From: Vicugna vicugna | Taxonomy: Eukaryota | DNA: 64,000 bases | Reading direction: 5' to 3' | NCBI GenBank assembly: GCA_013265495.1 | Contig: MU058065.1 | Location: 7,254,302-7,318,301 of the forward strand | In this document: positions 9,580 through 22,987 of the stretch, in pieces | Layout: the number at the start of each line of letters is the position of its first letter | Position numbering within the stretch: the stretch's first letter is position 1 | Notes under the pieces: generated by a model | Database searches by the model: none | What the model was told of the DNA's origin: nothing | What the model saw: only the letters and a program-made list of their open reading frames with translations | Position numbers and translations under genes: made by a program

Positions 9580-12500
9580 TTCTGGTTTTGGGTCAGATGG
9601 AGTAAGCACTCTCCAGTCTGTGTCTCCAGTGCAAAGCCTCTACAGAATGCATGGGGCAGCTATATGAGGACTCTGAAAAGTAGATGTTCTCAAGTGAATT
9701 TGGGGGAAAGGTTAGAATTTTTATCACCACTGAACTGGGGGTGAATTTTTCATTTCAATCCCTTCTGGCATTTTCCTGAATTAAATCAACCCCAAACCTG
9801 GAAGTGGACAGTGGGATGTAGAAAGAGGCCCAGGAGAATTCCTCTAGTTCTGGTTTAAGTGAGAAAAGAATGCCTACTATTCAGAAAGAGTGCAGAAATA
9901 TCTCATTTTTCTTTTCTTCACTTTTAGTCTTTTCTTCATTTTATTTTGTCCCAGCCCAAGTAACCCCATGGCAGCAGCAGCAGTGAGGGCCTACCGAAAC
10001 ATAAAACTCTATGGAAGCAACTTAAAGTGGTTTATGAACTCCTGGGCAACCTCTCTGAGCTGTGTGTGTTGTGGACTTAACCCAAAGTTGCATAGAGGGA
10101 TTTTTAGAACTGAACTATGGGACGTATCATTACCCAAATCCCAGACTGGCTGTTAGGTTAGTGTACATGTGAGATAGATTGAAACAGTGCTACACAGGCT
10201 TTGAAAAATGAACTAAATTTGGAACCACAACCCTTATAAGGCTAATTAAAACTTGTGGCCTAAAACCAACTAGGTCATTTGTTCGCTAACATGAGAGAAA
10301 ATATGCATTCTTTGTGGGACTTAAATACAACCAAAAATCTCTGAAAATAATACTCAATATGTCCAGGATACAGTTCAAAATTACTTGGCATACAAAGAAC
10401 CAGAAAAATCTCAACTTGTATGAAAATAGGCAATCAACAGAAGTCAATGTCTAGCTAACACTGACAAAAATTTAAAGTAATTATTATAAAAATGCTACAA
10501 CAAGTAAGGGACAACACTCTTGACATAAATGAAAACACTGAAATTCTCAGCAAAGAAATAGAGGATGTTAAAAAAAAGAAATTGGAAAAGAATATTTGTT
10601 AACCTCAAAACAAAATGAAAACTTCACTAGACAGTCATGATAGCAGAATGAAGATGGCAGAGGAGAGTCAGAACATGAAGCTAGATCAATAGAAATTATC
10701 TAATCAGAATAACAGAGAGAAAAATGGTTGAAAAATAGAATAGACCTCAGGGACATGTGGGACAATGACAAAAGGTCAGATATTCATGTCATCAGGACAG
10801 AAGAAGGAAAAAAGAGTTTGAGGTTAAGAAAAAATTGTCTGAAAACTTTCTAAATTTGGTGAAAGTCAGAAGCCTACAGATTCAACAAATTCAGTCAACC
10901 TCAAACCGGATAAATGTAAAGCAAGCCACACCTAGATATGCCATAATTAAACTGCTGAAAGCTAAAGACAGAAAAAACCTGGAGAGTAACCAGAGAGAAC
11001 TGATGCATTTCCTGTAGGAGAATAATGATTCTAAAAGCTGGATTTCTCAGACTTTTCATCAGAAGCCATGCAGCCAGAAGAAAGTGGAATGACATTTTTC
11101 AAATGCTGAAAGACGAAAACTGTCCATCTAGAATTCTACGTCCAGTGTGAATATTCTTTGAGAATGAAGGCAAAATAAAAAATTCTCAGATGAAGTAAAT
11201 AGGAAAAAATCTGTTACCGGTAGACCTGCTCTAGAAGAATTGCCAAAGGAAGTCTGCAGACAGGAAGGAAATTATACCAGAAAGAAAACTGGAAGGAACA
11301 TCAAGAGTGAATGAAGGGTAATAGAAATAACAAATATGTTGGTAAATTTAATAGACTATTCTTCTTTTATTGAGTTCTTTAAAATATATTTGATGGTTAA
11401 AATCAAAAATTATAATATTGTCTGATAGAGTAGGTATAATATAGGACAACTAGAACAATGAACGAGGTGGGTAAGGGGGACTGTATGGGGGTCAGGTTCT
11501 ATATTCTACCTGAAGGGGCAAAATATTGAATCAACCAAATTGGAAAAGTTAATTATGTATATTGTAATTCCAAAAGCAACCACTAATACACTTATACAAA
11601 GAGAATAGTAAAAAATTCAATAGATAGAATAAAATAGAATACTAAAAAATGTTCAAATAACCCTAAAGAAAGTAGGAAAGAAAAAATGGAGAACAAAAAA
11701 CAGAGAGGACAAACAGACAACAAAGAATAAAAATGATAAACCTAAGACCAAGTATATATATTAATAATTACATTATAAAAAACTCCTTTCAAATGTGTAG
11801 GTCAAAATTAAAAGGATGGAAGATGATTTCTCAGGCAAACATCAGCCTAAGGAAAGCTGGAGAGGCTATATTAACATGAGACAAAGTAAATCCTACAGAA
11901 AAATAAATAGCCAGGGATAAAGAGGGGCATTACACATCATACAATGAAAAAAGAGTGAATTCACAAGGAAGACACACCAATGCTAGATATTTCACCTCTA
12001 ACAGCAAAGCTCCAAAATGTATGAAGGAACAAACTGACAGAACTGAAAAGAGAAACAGACATCTCTACAATTACAGTTGGAGACGTCAAAAGTCCTCTCT
12101 CAGTAATTGATGGAGCTAATATACAGAAAATCAGCAAGGATGTAGAAGAACTGCAAACACCATCAAACAACTGAACATAATTGCCATTTAAACACACTCC
12201 ACCTCATAGCAGCAGAATACACATTCTTTTCAAGAACACATTGAACATTCATCAAGATAGACCATAACCTGGGTTGTAAAACAAATCTTAACAGATTTAA
12301 AAGAATTGAAATCATACAAAGCATGTCCTCTGACCATAATGGAATTAACTAGATAACAGAAAAATTTCTAAAACATAGGAGGAAAAGGGAAAACTTTTGT
12401 GACTTTGGGTTAGGGGAAGATTTCTTAGATACAATAGCAAAGCATGGTCCATAAAAGAACAAATTGATTAAGTTAGATTTCATCAAAATATCAGCTCTTT

Positions 12501-12782
12501 GAAAGACACTGTTAAGAGAATAAAATATTAAGCCACAGACTGGGAGAAAATATTTGCAAATCACTTATCTGTTAAAGGACTAGTGTACAGAACACATAAA
12601 GAGCTCTCAAAACTCAATCATAATAAAATAAAAATGGGCAAACAATTTGGGCACTTCACCAAAAAAGATATATAGATGGAAAATAAGCACATGAAAATAT
12701 GTTCAACACTTTCAGTCATTATGGAAATGCAAAACCATAATGAGATACCACTACACTCCTATGAGAATGGCTCAAATTAGTA
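9580..12782 (+). mobile_element. Old L1 (L1M-type): 5'UTR, ORF1 remnant, ORF2 endonuclease remnant, then ORF2 C-terminal segment
   Basis: ORF1-like peptide at 10835-11017 (ENFLNLVK...LQIQQIQSTSNRIN...TPRYAIIKLLKAKD). Endonuclease-coding text at ~11730-12355 ends in GACCATAATGGAATTAA. Late ORF2 text follows (MRYHYTPMRMA at 12740). Confidence 0.88.
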
Positions 12783-13594
12783 AAGACCAAGAACAGTCAG
12801 GGGTCCAGCATGGCTCTGGGTGGGGAGGAGCAGAGGTTGTGCAGGGGATATGGTATGCCTGTAGTCAGACTATGGTGAGCCCAGGAGTCCAGGTCTTACA
12901 ACTTCTAAGTTATTCCTTATTGTTTGCTAGAGGTGGGTCAGATTCGGATCTATGAAATCCTACATTTCCATCAGGGTCAACAGAGCTTCATTTTGAGATG
13001 CTCACTTTCTTCTCCTAGATGTTCCCTAGACTCTCGTGAAGGAAGAGGTGCAATCTCCCAACTCTCTTTCTTCAGAAGATGAAGGGTGTGCTGTAAGATA
13101 TTGCCTACGTAACATGAGAGAGGTTAGAAGTTTTCATAAAGAGGAAGCTCAATATGAAAAGAAATGGGATTTTGAGTTTTCTGCTCTCTTCTCCAAAGAC
13201 AGAAACTTTGGCCACATCACATGGCTCTCTCCCCTAAGCACTTAACCCTTTCCTCCTTCTTTCCTTTCCCACCCAGTCCAACCCATCCCTGATCTGCCTC
13301 ATAAAGACATCTGTTCCTAGGTCAGCTGTATAGACCACTCCTGCACCTTACTCCCAGTTCCAGAGGCCTGTCTCTAGATTCCAATCCTGGTGGCAGTTGG
13401 AATCTGGGGATTATTTTCCTCTTACGCCTTGATTTCTCTTTATGCTACATCCAGTATCTCTGAATACAGTTCCAAGCACCTTTGAATACTCAGTAATTAT
13501 TCCCCAGGGTGGTGTACAGGGAGTCCTGGGAAAAAGCTACATGTAGAGTTCACAGCCTGGACTTGTGAAGGAAAGAGACAAGCAGTGCCTGCAC

Positions 13595-14060
13595 AATGCA
13601 TTTATTCATTCAAGAAGTGTTTATGGAATACCTAGCATATTCCTGATACTGTTGAAGTTTAGCAATGAACTATAAAGGAGGTTCTTCTACTCTGGTTGGG
13701 GAAGAGAGTCAAAAAAGTCCCCAGATCAATAGCTGTATAGTATGTCAAATGATAAAAAGCATCACAAAGATGATCAGAATAGGGAGGGAGAGATGAGGAG
13801 GGACAGGTGCTAGGGGGTGAGGAGAGGCTGCCATTTTATAGAGGGAGGTTAGGAAGTGTGTCTCTGATTAGGTAACACTTGAGCAGAGACCTGAAGGAAG
13901 TAAGGGAGTGAGCTGAGCCAAAATCTGGGAGATGAATATTCCAGGGAAATGGAAAAGGAGGTGGAGGGGCCTTGAGGCAGGCCGTGCTGGGAGTATCTGA
14001 GTCACAGAAAGGAGCTGAGTGTGCCTGGAGCAGTCAGGGTCCAGGCAGGAAGCAGAGCTA
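13595..14060 (-). mobile_element. L2 LINE 3' fragment
   Basis: atttattcattcaagaagtgtttatgg...ggtaacacttgagcagagacctgaaggaagtaagggagtgagctgagc...attccaggga. Confidence 0.8.
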
Positions 14061-14149
14061 GTCCTAGATGACTCCAATACAGAGACGGCTTAGAAGGTGA
14101 CGACAGGGTGTTAAGGGAACGAACAAGGAATGCTGAGCCTCCAGAGTGG

Positions 14150-14500
14150 AGCGTCCGCAGGGAGCTACTACCATCCCTGAGCTGAGGACGAGGCATGGGA
14201 CCTTGGAGCATTGGAGCCCTGTGGGAGATGGGTCAGGAAGGAAGGCTTCTTGGTGGCAGCTGTGAGAGGGTAGAGGTGTGGCCAGAAACCTCACTGAAGC
14301 AGGGAGGTTGTGGGGAAGAATATTCCTGATTTTTCTTCCTCCTGCCCTTTGATCTGTTACCAGTGCCTTCCACTGGCTGAACCAACCTCACAACAACTGT
14401 AAATTCCGTCTTTAAGGCCCAGCCTCCGTGGGCACAGGGCCAGGCAGAAGGGCAGAGAATGGCTCTGGGGTGGGGTGGTGCAGAGACTGTCTAGAATTGA
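14150..14500 (-). mobile_element. LTR33-like ERVL LTR fragment
   Basis: cctcctgccctttgatctgttaccagtgccttccactggctgaaccaacc...gggcacagggccaggcagaagggcagagaatgg; similar to 29500-29688. Confidence 0.55.
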
Positions 14501-16654
14501 GAACAAGAGGAAGAACGGCTACTTGATAAAAGAGAAATAACTTTTGACTTTTAGCTCAAAGACATTGTGTTAAACTCCCAAATCCAATCATGCGGCTGAC
14601 AGCAAGTCCTCTTTTGTGTTTCTGTGAGAAATCTGGGCAGGGGGTCTCCACAGGGGAGGCTGACTGGCCTGTTTTGTGAAGGCGAGGAAACCATTTACAC
14701 AGTCAATAGAACCAGGTTCCTGTCCCAGTTGGCTGTGTACATTGAGTTGTACATTAAGTGCTGGTATGTCATTATTTTTTTTATCTTCCTTCAATTCTTA
14801 TTTTCTCACTTAAGAGTTAGACATAGTTTTCCTTTTGCCCAGGTTGCTTTCCTTCACAAAGCTCTTTGAGAAGAATATCATTCAGCTCTGTTCACGAGAT
14901 GCTTGGGATTTATTCTCAAATTTAGACAAGCTCAATCCTGAGGACAGGAGCTTTTAAAAACAATGAGATTTTAGAGATATTAGGCAGTTCTGCTCCAAGC
15001 CAGAAGCACAGAGTGGGGGCCTTGTAGAAGTCCCCATCCACCCAGAGAGGCAGTGGTTCCAATTCCCAACCAAGGTCTTGCCTGACTCTTCCTCCATATA
15101 CAACCTCTCCTCAAAAGGTGGTGCTGCAGATTAAGGAGAGACTTCCTTGGCAGCTGGCTCTAGGGCTGTCTGGAGAGTCACCCTGGCAGGTCTGTGGAAT
15201 CCTCTGACTGCAGGGCTCACCCTGGGAGTGCCAGCACATTCTACAACTTTAAGTATTCACCCCTTCTTCTTGGTCTGGTGCCCAGCAGGCTGGACTGGTC
15301 GTGGAGAGAAGGGAGTCCCAGTGGTCCATCAGGTTCACAAGGCTTGATTGTACAGGAAGGACTGAAGTGACAGTAGGAAAGGAGAGATGGCAGAAAAAGC
15401 AAACTTGGGATGGAACACTCTCCAAGACTTCTCCTACCTCAAGAAAGCAAGCAAACTGTAGACTTCTGGTAAGGGAGAGTGGATCAGGGTGATCATGGAT
15501 AGCTAAGAGAACTTTTGTGTCCTGTGTAGGACATTTGGCACTCAACACAGTAATACAGATGGAGATAACTATCTCTCTTTTAATTTTTAGACACTTAGAA
15601 AATTGAAAAATTCTTTTTCTTGTTTAGTGCTTTCAATGTTAGTTTCATTTGGAAAACCTCCCTTGGCAACAATCCTATGGGAATTGTTTGGGATATCCTA
15701 GAACAGAGATTATATACTGGGCTTTGGTGGGTTGGGCTTGTGTGTATGTTAAGGGAGGGTATAAAGATTTCCTCTTTATTCTTGCAACTTACTACAAGAG
15801 AGGACGGATGCCCAGGGAGGTGAGATGCTGTTGGTCTATCTATAAGAAATCTCACATTCAGCCTTGGGTTTCTTAAATAATGGTTTAGGGCTCTCAAAAT
15901 GAATTTTAGAGTGATCCAATGAAGAAAATTGAGTGCTGAGTCAGTTTATTATTGAACCAGACATTTATCTCTCATTTTCTCCAGCACAAGCTTTGCATTC
16001 TTCAGTGGAAATCTCTAAATTTCAGGTTGCTCATCTGTAAAATGGGGTCAATGTTATTACCACACCAGGTGGTTGTTAGGAATAAATGAGAACATGGCAA
16101 CAGAGAGTTCTTAATCAATGTTTATAAAATAAGAATATGCAGCAGTCAGGTCCTCTGTCAGGACCTCTCTAGGGAGCAGGACATGGGAAAACTACAGGGA
16201 AGGAAATAAGCAGGCTTCTTGGAATAAACATGCACTCAATTCTAATTTCAAAATAATGAATTAGAGGTCAAGGCTAAAGTGAAAGGGAATAAAAATGACC
16301 AGAAAGGCTGATGAAAGAAAAATTAGGCACCAAATTCACTTCTTGTTACAGAGGAGGAGTGACAAGCAACTTAGCTGTGGCTTTTACAGCTCCAGGAACA
16401 CTGTGACCAGCAAAGAGTCTTTATTTCATATTTGTATTTGCTTTATGCCTTTGTCTTTATGACATTTCTTTCTTGACTGTTTGTGGAGAAGCTGCTTGGA
16501 TTTGCCAAATGTGATGTAATAATAGGGAATGTATACCTATATGCCTGTTTAATTCCATGTTAGGAAGCTGCTAGTAACAGAGAGGCAGCAGATAAGAGTT
16601 CTCAAGTTGGGGTGGGGATCTCTGCATTCGTTTTAGATTATAGTTTTATTATCT

Positions 16655-17495
16655 AAAAATTTTTACTGTAGAATGTTTCAAACATACACAAAAGTGGAAA
16701 GAATAGTACAACGAACCCTCATTTATCTAGTGCCAATAATTACCAATACATGGCCATTCTAGTTTCTTCTGTGTCACTTTGTCCCTCCCATGATTATCCA
16801 AAGCAATCTCAGATATGTCATTTCAGCTCTAAATACCTAATATGTATTTAAAAAGGATAAGGACTCTTAAAAGACTCTCAGTACCATTATTACAAAAAGT
16901 TTAAATGAAGACCTCAGTATCATTAAAAATACAGCCAATGTTCAAAGTTTCAATGGTCTTACAAGCCCATCTTCCTTGTTTAATCAGGATCTCAATTGGG
17001 TCTACACACTGCAATTGGTTGTGGATAGTATTTTTTTTCTAACTTTTTAATTTGAAATCATTATACACTCACAAATAGTTACAAAAATAGCACAGAGAAG
17101 TGGATCCACCCAGCTTCCTCCAAAGGTGGCATCATAAGTTAACTAGTACATGATCAAAAGCAAGAAATTGATGCCAACACAACATAATGAACTAGGCATC
17201 AGATTTTACTCAGATTTTATCGTTTTTGCATGCATTCATTTTTCTTGTATGTCTTTGTGTGTAATTCTATGACATTTTATCCTGTGTTTAGTGCATATAA
17301 CCACCACAGTCAAGATGCAGAACTATTGTCACCACAAAGCAATTCTCTCATGCTAGTTATATACTTTGAAAGTCACACCCTTTCTTGCCTTCCTTAACCC
17401 CTAGAAACCATTGATCTATCGGTCCAACATCTCCACAATTTTTTAAAAAACATCGTATAAATAGAACCATACAATATGTAACTTTTTGATTTCTC
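16655..17495 (-). mobile_element. Two adjacent old L1 3'-end fragments (L1MC/L1ME-type)
   Basis: Typical antisense 3'UTR starts at ~16655 (aatgtttcaaacatacacaaaagtggaaagaatagtacaacgaacc) and ~17030 (ttttaatttgaaatcattatacactcac...cacccagcttcc). Confidence 0.7.
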
Positions 17496-17514
17496 TGTAT
17501 TTTTCATTAGTTTT

Positions 17515-17659
17515 TTTTTAACTTTTTTTTATTGGGTAATAGTCACTTTACAATGTTGTGTCAAATTCCAGTGTAGAGCACAATTTTTCAGTTATACATG
17601 AGCATACATATATTCATTGTCACATTTTTTTATTTTGCTGTGAGCTACCACAAGATCTT
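17515..17659 (-). mobile_element. Young, heavily 5'-truncated L1 3' end (camelid-type)
   Basis: T-tract plus ttattggg...tttacaatgttgtgtcaaattccagtgtagagcac. TSD attagtttt at 17506-17514 and 17660-17668. The minus strand reads TT/AAAA at the junction. Confidence 0.85.
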
Positions 17660-18834
17660 ATTAGTTTTAAAGAAATTTTCCATGTGAGCAGAGAATATGG
17701 AAATAACCATTTAAGAAAATAAAATGCCTAGCTGCCAATTTTAAACAAATGGATATTTATTCATTTAACACATATTTATTGATTGTCATGTGCTTGAAAG
17801 CCAACGGTAGATAAAAAGGAACTGTTTTCTTACAATAGTGTGTCATAAGGTATAGGTCAAAGAAGTGCCTGTAGATCATACATGCATTCATTCTCTCAGG
17901 AAGGAATGTTTTACCTGGGGTTCAGTCTGTGCTCCCTCTCTTACTATATCTGGGACCCCTAACTCCACCCAAAGGATCAGTCCTATCCCAGGCTTTAGAA
18001 CCAGTTCTCACCTGAAGCAGAAAGAGGTCAAGCGATCTGGCCCAGAACCCTGGGATTTGGAAGACTGTCCCTTGTTCTGCTCATTTCACTTGGACTCTGT
18101 GCCCTACTTCTGATAACTGAGTCTCTGCATTGAGTCCAAGCCAGTACTCACTTTGTATGCCATTCTTGTTTAGTAGACTTCTAGTACCTGGTCACTCTTT
18201 TAGTCATTTACTTTGTGTCCAAGTGCCTCTGGGGTTTAGCTTGTGCTTTTTTGTACCTGTCTAGAGTCCTGATTCTAACTCCAGCCTTGAGGGATGCTGA
18301 GATCACACCAGTCCTTGCCAGGCTGCCTGATGGTCTATAGGTCTTGTCTCCACTGCTCCTGAATTCCTGGTTGCCATTACCCAGCCTGCCAATTGGCCCT
18401 CAACCCCCATTTCTCATGCCTCCCTCCTCTCTTGGAGCTGTTTCCTCTGCAAATCAAATTCTTTCTGCCATGTTGAACATAAGATACTCTTCTGGATGGC
18501 TTTCTCCCCTATCTGTGGAATGGCCTAGTTTCTAGGTCTTGGCCTCCTGGTGTGCTCTGTACCACATGACTGGGCCATAATCTGCTATGTTCCAAGATAT
18601 TATATGATTCTTTTTTCTTTATAAATTGTCTGTCCATGAGGAGAAATGACAACAGAAGGGAACCATACTAAATCAAGTGACCATTATTTTTACTGAGACA
18701 GGACATTCTCTTCACTGCAGACAGAGTGGTTGAAATCCCAGATCTGACTATGGCACCCCATTAAAACCTTTAAGTTCCCAAACTCCTTCCTAATCTTTAC
18801 CCCTCCCATTGACCTCAGGGTAAAATCTAATTTT

Positions 18835-19363
18835 GTAATTGAAATTAGATTCTTGAAAATTTTTATTGAAATTAAATATAGTTGATTCACAATATTGTAT
18901 TAGTTTCAGGTGTATAGCAAAGTGATTCATATATATATGCATATATATATATATATAAATATATATAATTTCCATTACAGGTTATTATAAGACATTGAAT
19001 ATAGCTCCCTGTGCTATATAGTAAATCTTTGTTGCTCATATGTTTTGGGTATAGTAGTTTGTATCTGTTAATCTCAAACCCCTAATTTATTCCTCCCTTC
19101 CTCCCTTTCCCCTTTGGTAACTATAAGTTTGTTTTCTATGTCTGTGAGTCTGTTTCTGTTTTGTATATAGATTCATTTATATTATTTTTTAGATTGCACA
19201 TATAAGTGATACCATATAATATTTGTCTTTCTCTGTCTAACTTAACTTTATTTGATATGATAATCTCTAGGTCCATCCATGTTGCTGCAAATGGCAAGAT
19301 TTCATTCTTTTTTATGGCTAAGTAATATTCCATTGTGTGTGTTTGCGTACATACATATACGTT

Positions 19364-19405
<42 letters not shown>

Positions 19406-19487
19406 AAATCTCTTCTTAAACCAATCATCTGTTGATGGGTACTTGGGTTGTACTGATGGGCACATGGGTTGTGTTGATGGGCACTTA
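18835..19487 (-). mobile_element. L1 3' end (artiodactyl-type) inserted into an L2 fragment
   Basis: ORF2 C-terminus at 19136-19510 (MEYYLAIKKNEILPFAATWMDLEIII) plus 3'UTR. Imperfect TSD gggtaaaatctaatttt (18818-18834) / ggggaaaacctaatgtt (19488-19504). L2-like text continues on both sides. Confidence 0.88.
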
Positions 19488-19980
19488 GGGGAAAACCTAA
19501 TGTTTAACATGACCTTTCATGTTCCACATGACCTGGCCCCTGTGTCTCTCCTTTGACTCATCTTAGGCCACGCCACCCTCTACACTTTGCACTTCAGTCA
19601 CTCTGAACTGGTTTCTGTTCCTGATGGACCTACTGGCCCATTGTAATTCATCTTTTAAATGCCTGTCTTCTTCACAGGGACAGGGTCTCTGTCCACTGTT
19701 GTAACTCTCACACTTGTCATAGCACATGGCATAAAACTGGTATTTATTTAAGGAGTGAATGTGCTTGTTACTCAGGGCTCTACGTTAATTAGTTTTTTCA
19801 TTAAGTCCTGTGTATCCCAACAAATGAATAGTGGTTTTATTTGAAAATAACACAAACCCAACTCTACTAGCTTAAATTTGCTAAAAGTGGGGAGTGTACT
19901 GGGAGGTGTAACAGAAATGTGGTTTCAGTCACACCTAGATCCAGGGGTTCAAGCAAGGTGTCATTCCTCCCTTCATTTCT

Positions 19981-20817
<837 letters not shown>

Positions 20818-21126
20818 TCCCTTCATTTCTGTTCGTCTCTTAATGCCACCTCTCTACTTGTGTTGGCCTTTATTCTTGCCTCCGAGAGAGGAGTCTCTCT
20901 TCCTTCAGTTCTTCCAGGATTCACATCCCTCCTGTTCCATTCTTCCAAAGGTAAACACCTTCTTTTCCAGCTTCAAATGACAAAACCTTAGAGAGGGAGT
21001 CTATCTTACCTGGCTTGAGTGACATAACTACATCTGGAACTGTTACTTTGGCCAAAGAGATGTGGTCCTATGATTAACCATGTCTGAGCCAGTGCCCACC
21101 CTCTGTGGCCAGGACTAATACAGAAG

Positions 21127-21370
21127 CAGTATACTGTAGGGTTAGGAGCACAAACTCTAAACAGATCTCCTGGGTTCAAATTCCAGTTCTGCCACTTAAT
21201 GAGTGACCTTAAGCAAGTTACTTCTCTGTGCTTCAGTTTCCTCATCTGTAATGGAGATAATAATAGTACTTGCATCACAGGATTACCATGAGGATTAAGT
21301 GAGTTAATATATGTCAAGCACAATGAACAGTGTTGAGCACATGGTAAGTAAACACCATGTAAGTACTCGT
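21127..21370 (+). mobile_element. MIR SINE, near full length
   Basis: gcagtatactgtagggttaggagcac...ctgggttcaaattccagttctgccactt...gtgaccttaagcaagttact...cagtttcctcatctgtaatggagataataatagtac...gaggattaagtgagttaata. Confidence 0.92.
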
Positions 21371-21974
21371 GAAATAAAAATAAATAACCAAATAATGCAA
21401 TGGAGGAGAGTTTTCCAGAAAAATAACTACATTATTCATATTTATTAAGCATCATCTATGCACTAGTCACTGCAGTTACTGGGAAAAGACAGCCAAAATT
21501 CCTTTTTAAAATCACATTCCAAATAGTCTGCATCCTTCATTGACTGAGGAATGAAGAGTCAATGAAAGGGTTGAGGGTTGCTTACTATTGCTGCCTGGAC
21601 CTTGATCACCTTTAGGCTTTTCTAGACTTGGAAGCCAGAGGCATAGGGGATGGTCTCAGGGCCTGTTAATACTAATACTGTGTGAGTCTTGGTTGCACAC
21701 AGGTGACAGGCTCAGAAGATCACAGAAGAGGCAAGTGATGTGTAGGTGGCGTGAGTCCAGTTTCCTTAGTTTATAAGCAAGGAAATGGAGGCTCTGATTG
21801 GTGAAAGGCATACTCAGGGCCACACATGCAGTTAACTGGCAGAGCAGAACTCAGGCATTCTGACCCTCATTTGGTGCTTTGTATTTATTTTGTTCAGGGG
21901 CACAAGAAGACAAGGATGAAATGATAGGAAGTAAATGTAAGAGAACCATATGTGGGCTGGGGTTTTGGTACTTT

Positions 21975-22205
21975 TAGTCCTTTCTCAGAAAGTTGAAACC
22001 AGTGGTTCCCATCCAGAGGTTCCAATACCTCTCATGGATTTGCCTGTAACCTGTGTGGTCAATACCTGCATATGGAAGCTTCTAGAAGGAAGAGACCTTG
22101 GGAGAAAACATGGTCTTCCTTTGGGTTTGGGTCACTTATACAGGGTCATTGACTGTGGGTCAGTCAGCACGACCTACCTAAGCTCCTGTAGTGGGCAGAT
22201 CAAAC
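21975..22205. mobile_element. Possible ancient RTE-related (MamRTE/MamSINE-type) fragment
   Basis: ggtcttcctttgggtttgggtcactt...gtcattgactgtgggtcagtcagca resembles this group; recall only. Confidence 0.3.
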
Positions 22206-22659
22206 AGAAGGTACATCCTCCACTCTGAGAGAACTCATGGTTTCGTTGAGGAGACTGGAACCATAGAAGTAAGCCATCCGAAGCGTCCAAGCCAGCATTA
22301 CCAACCCTCTGAGGAACCAGTTGTCATTCAAATGTACCAATAAGGGGAGAGGTAGCCTTTAGAGGACAAGCTTTCCTTGAAAATAATCTGTCTTCCCCGA
22401 TACTACTCAGCACTGATGCTCACCACCACCTTGGACAAACCGCTTCTCTGTCTGGTCATGGTGTGTTTTGTCAGGAAGCAAAAGCATTTGTCAGGGAGAA
22501 GTAAAAACTATTAGAGAAGGGATGAGTGTCTGGTGGGAGGAAGGCTCAGCCCCAAGGAAAAGGGGCTAAACTTGGGGTGGCAAGTGTGCCAGAAACAGCC
22601 GGTGCTGATGCAACGGGTGTGAAGTGCTCAACACCACTGGAGGTATGGAATAGGATCTG

Positions 22660-22987
22660 AGGCCATTTGGGCTGCTATATGATAAAATGCCACAGGCCAG
22701 TTAGCTTATCAATGACGGAAATTAATTTTTCCCAATTCTGAAGGTTGGAAGTTCAAGATCAGGGGATCTGCATGGCTGGGTGAGGAACTTCTTCTAGGAC
22801 ACAGGCTTCTTATTTACCCTCATGTGGTGGAAGGTGTGAGGGAGTTCTCTTGGGTCTCTTTTATAAGGGCACTTATCTCATTCATGGCCTAATCACCTCC
22901 CAAAGGCCCTACCACCTAATACCATCATCTTGAGCATCAAGTTTTCAACTAAATTTTGGGGGTGATGCAAACATTCACACTATAGCA
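22660..22987 (-). mobile_element. MaLR solo LTR (MLT1A/B-like)
   Basis: ttgggctgctata...ttctgaaggttggaagttcaagatcagg...tcttttataagggcact...cctaatcacctcccaaaggccc...aaacattcacactatagca. Confidence 0.85.
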
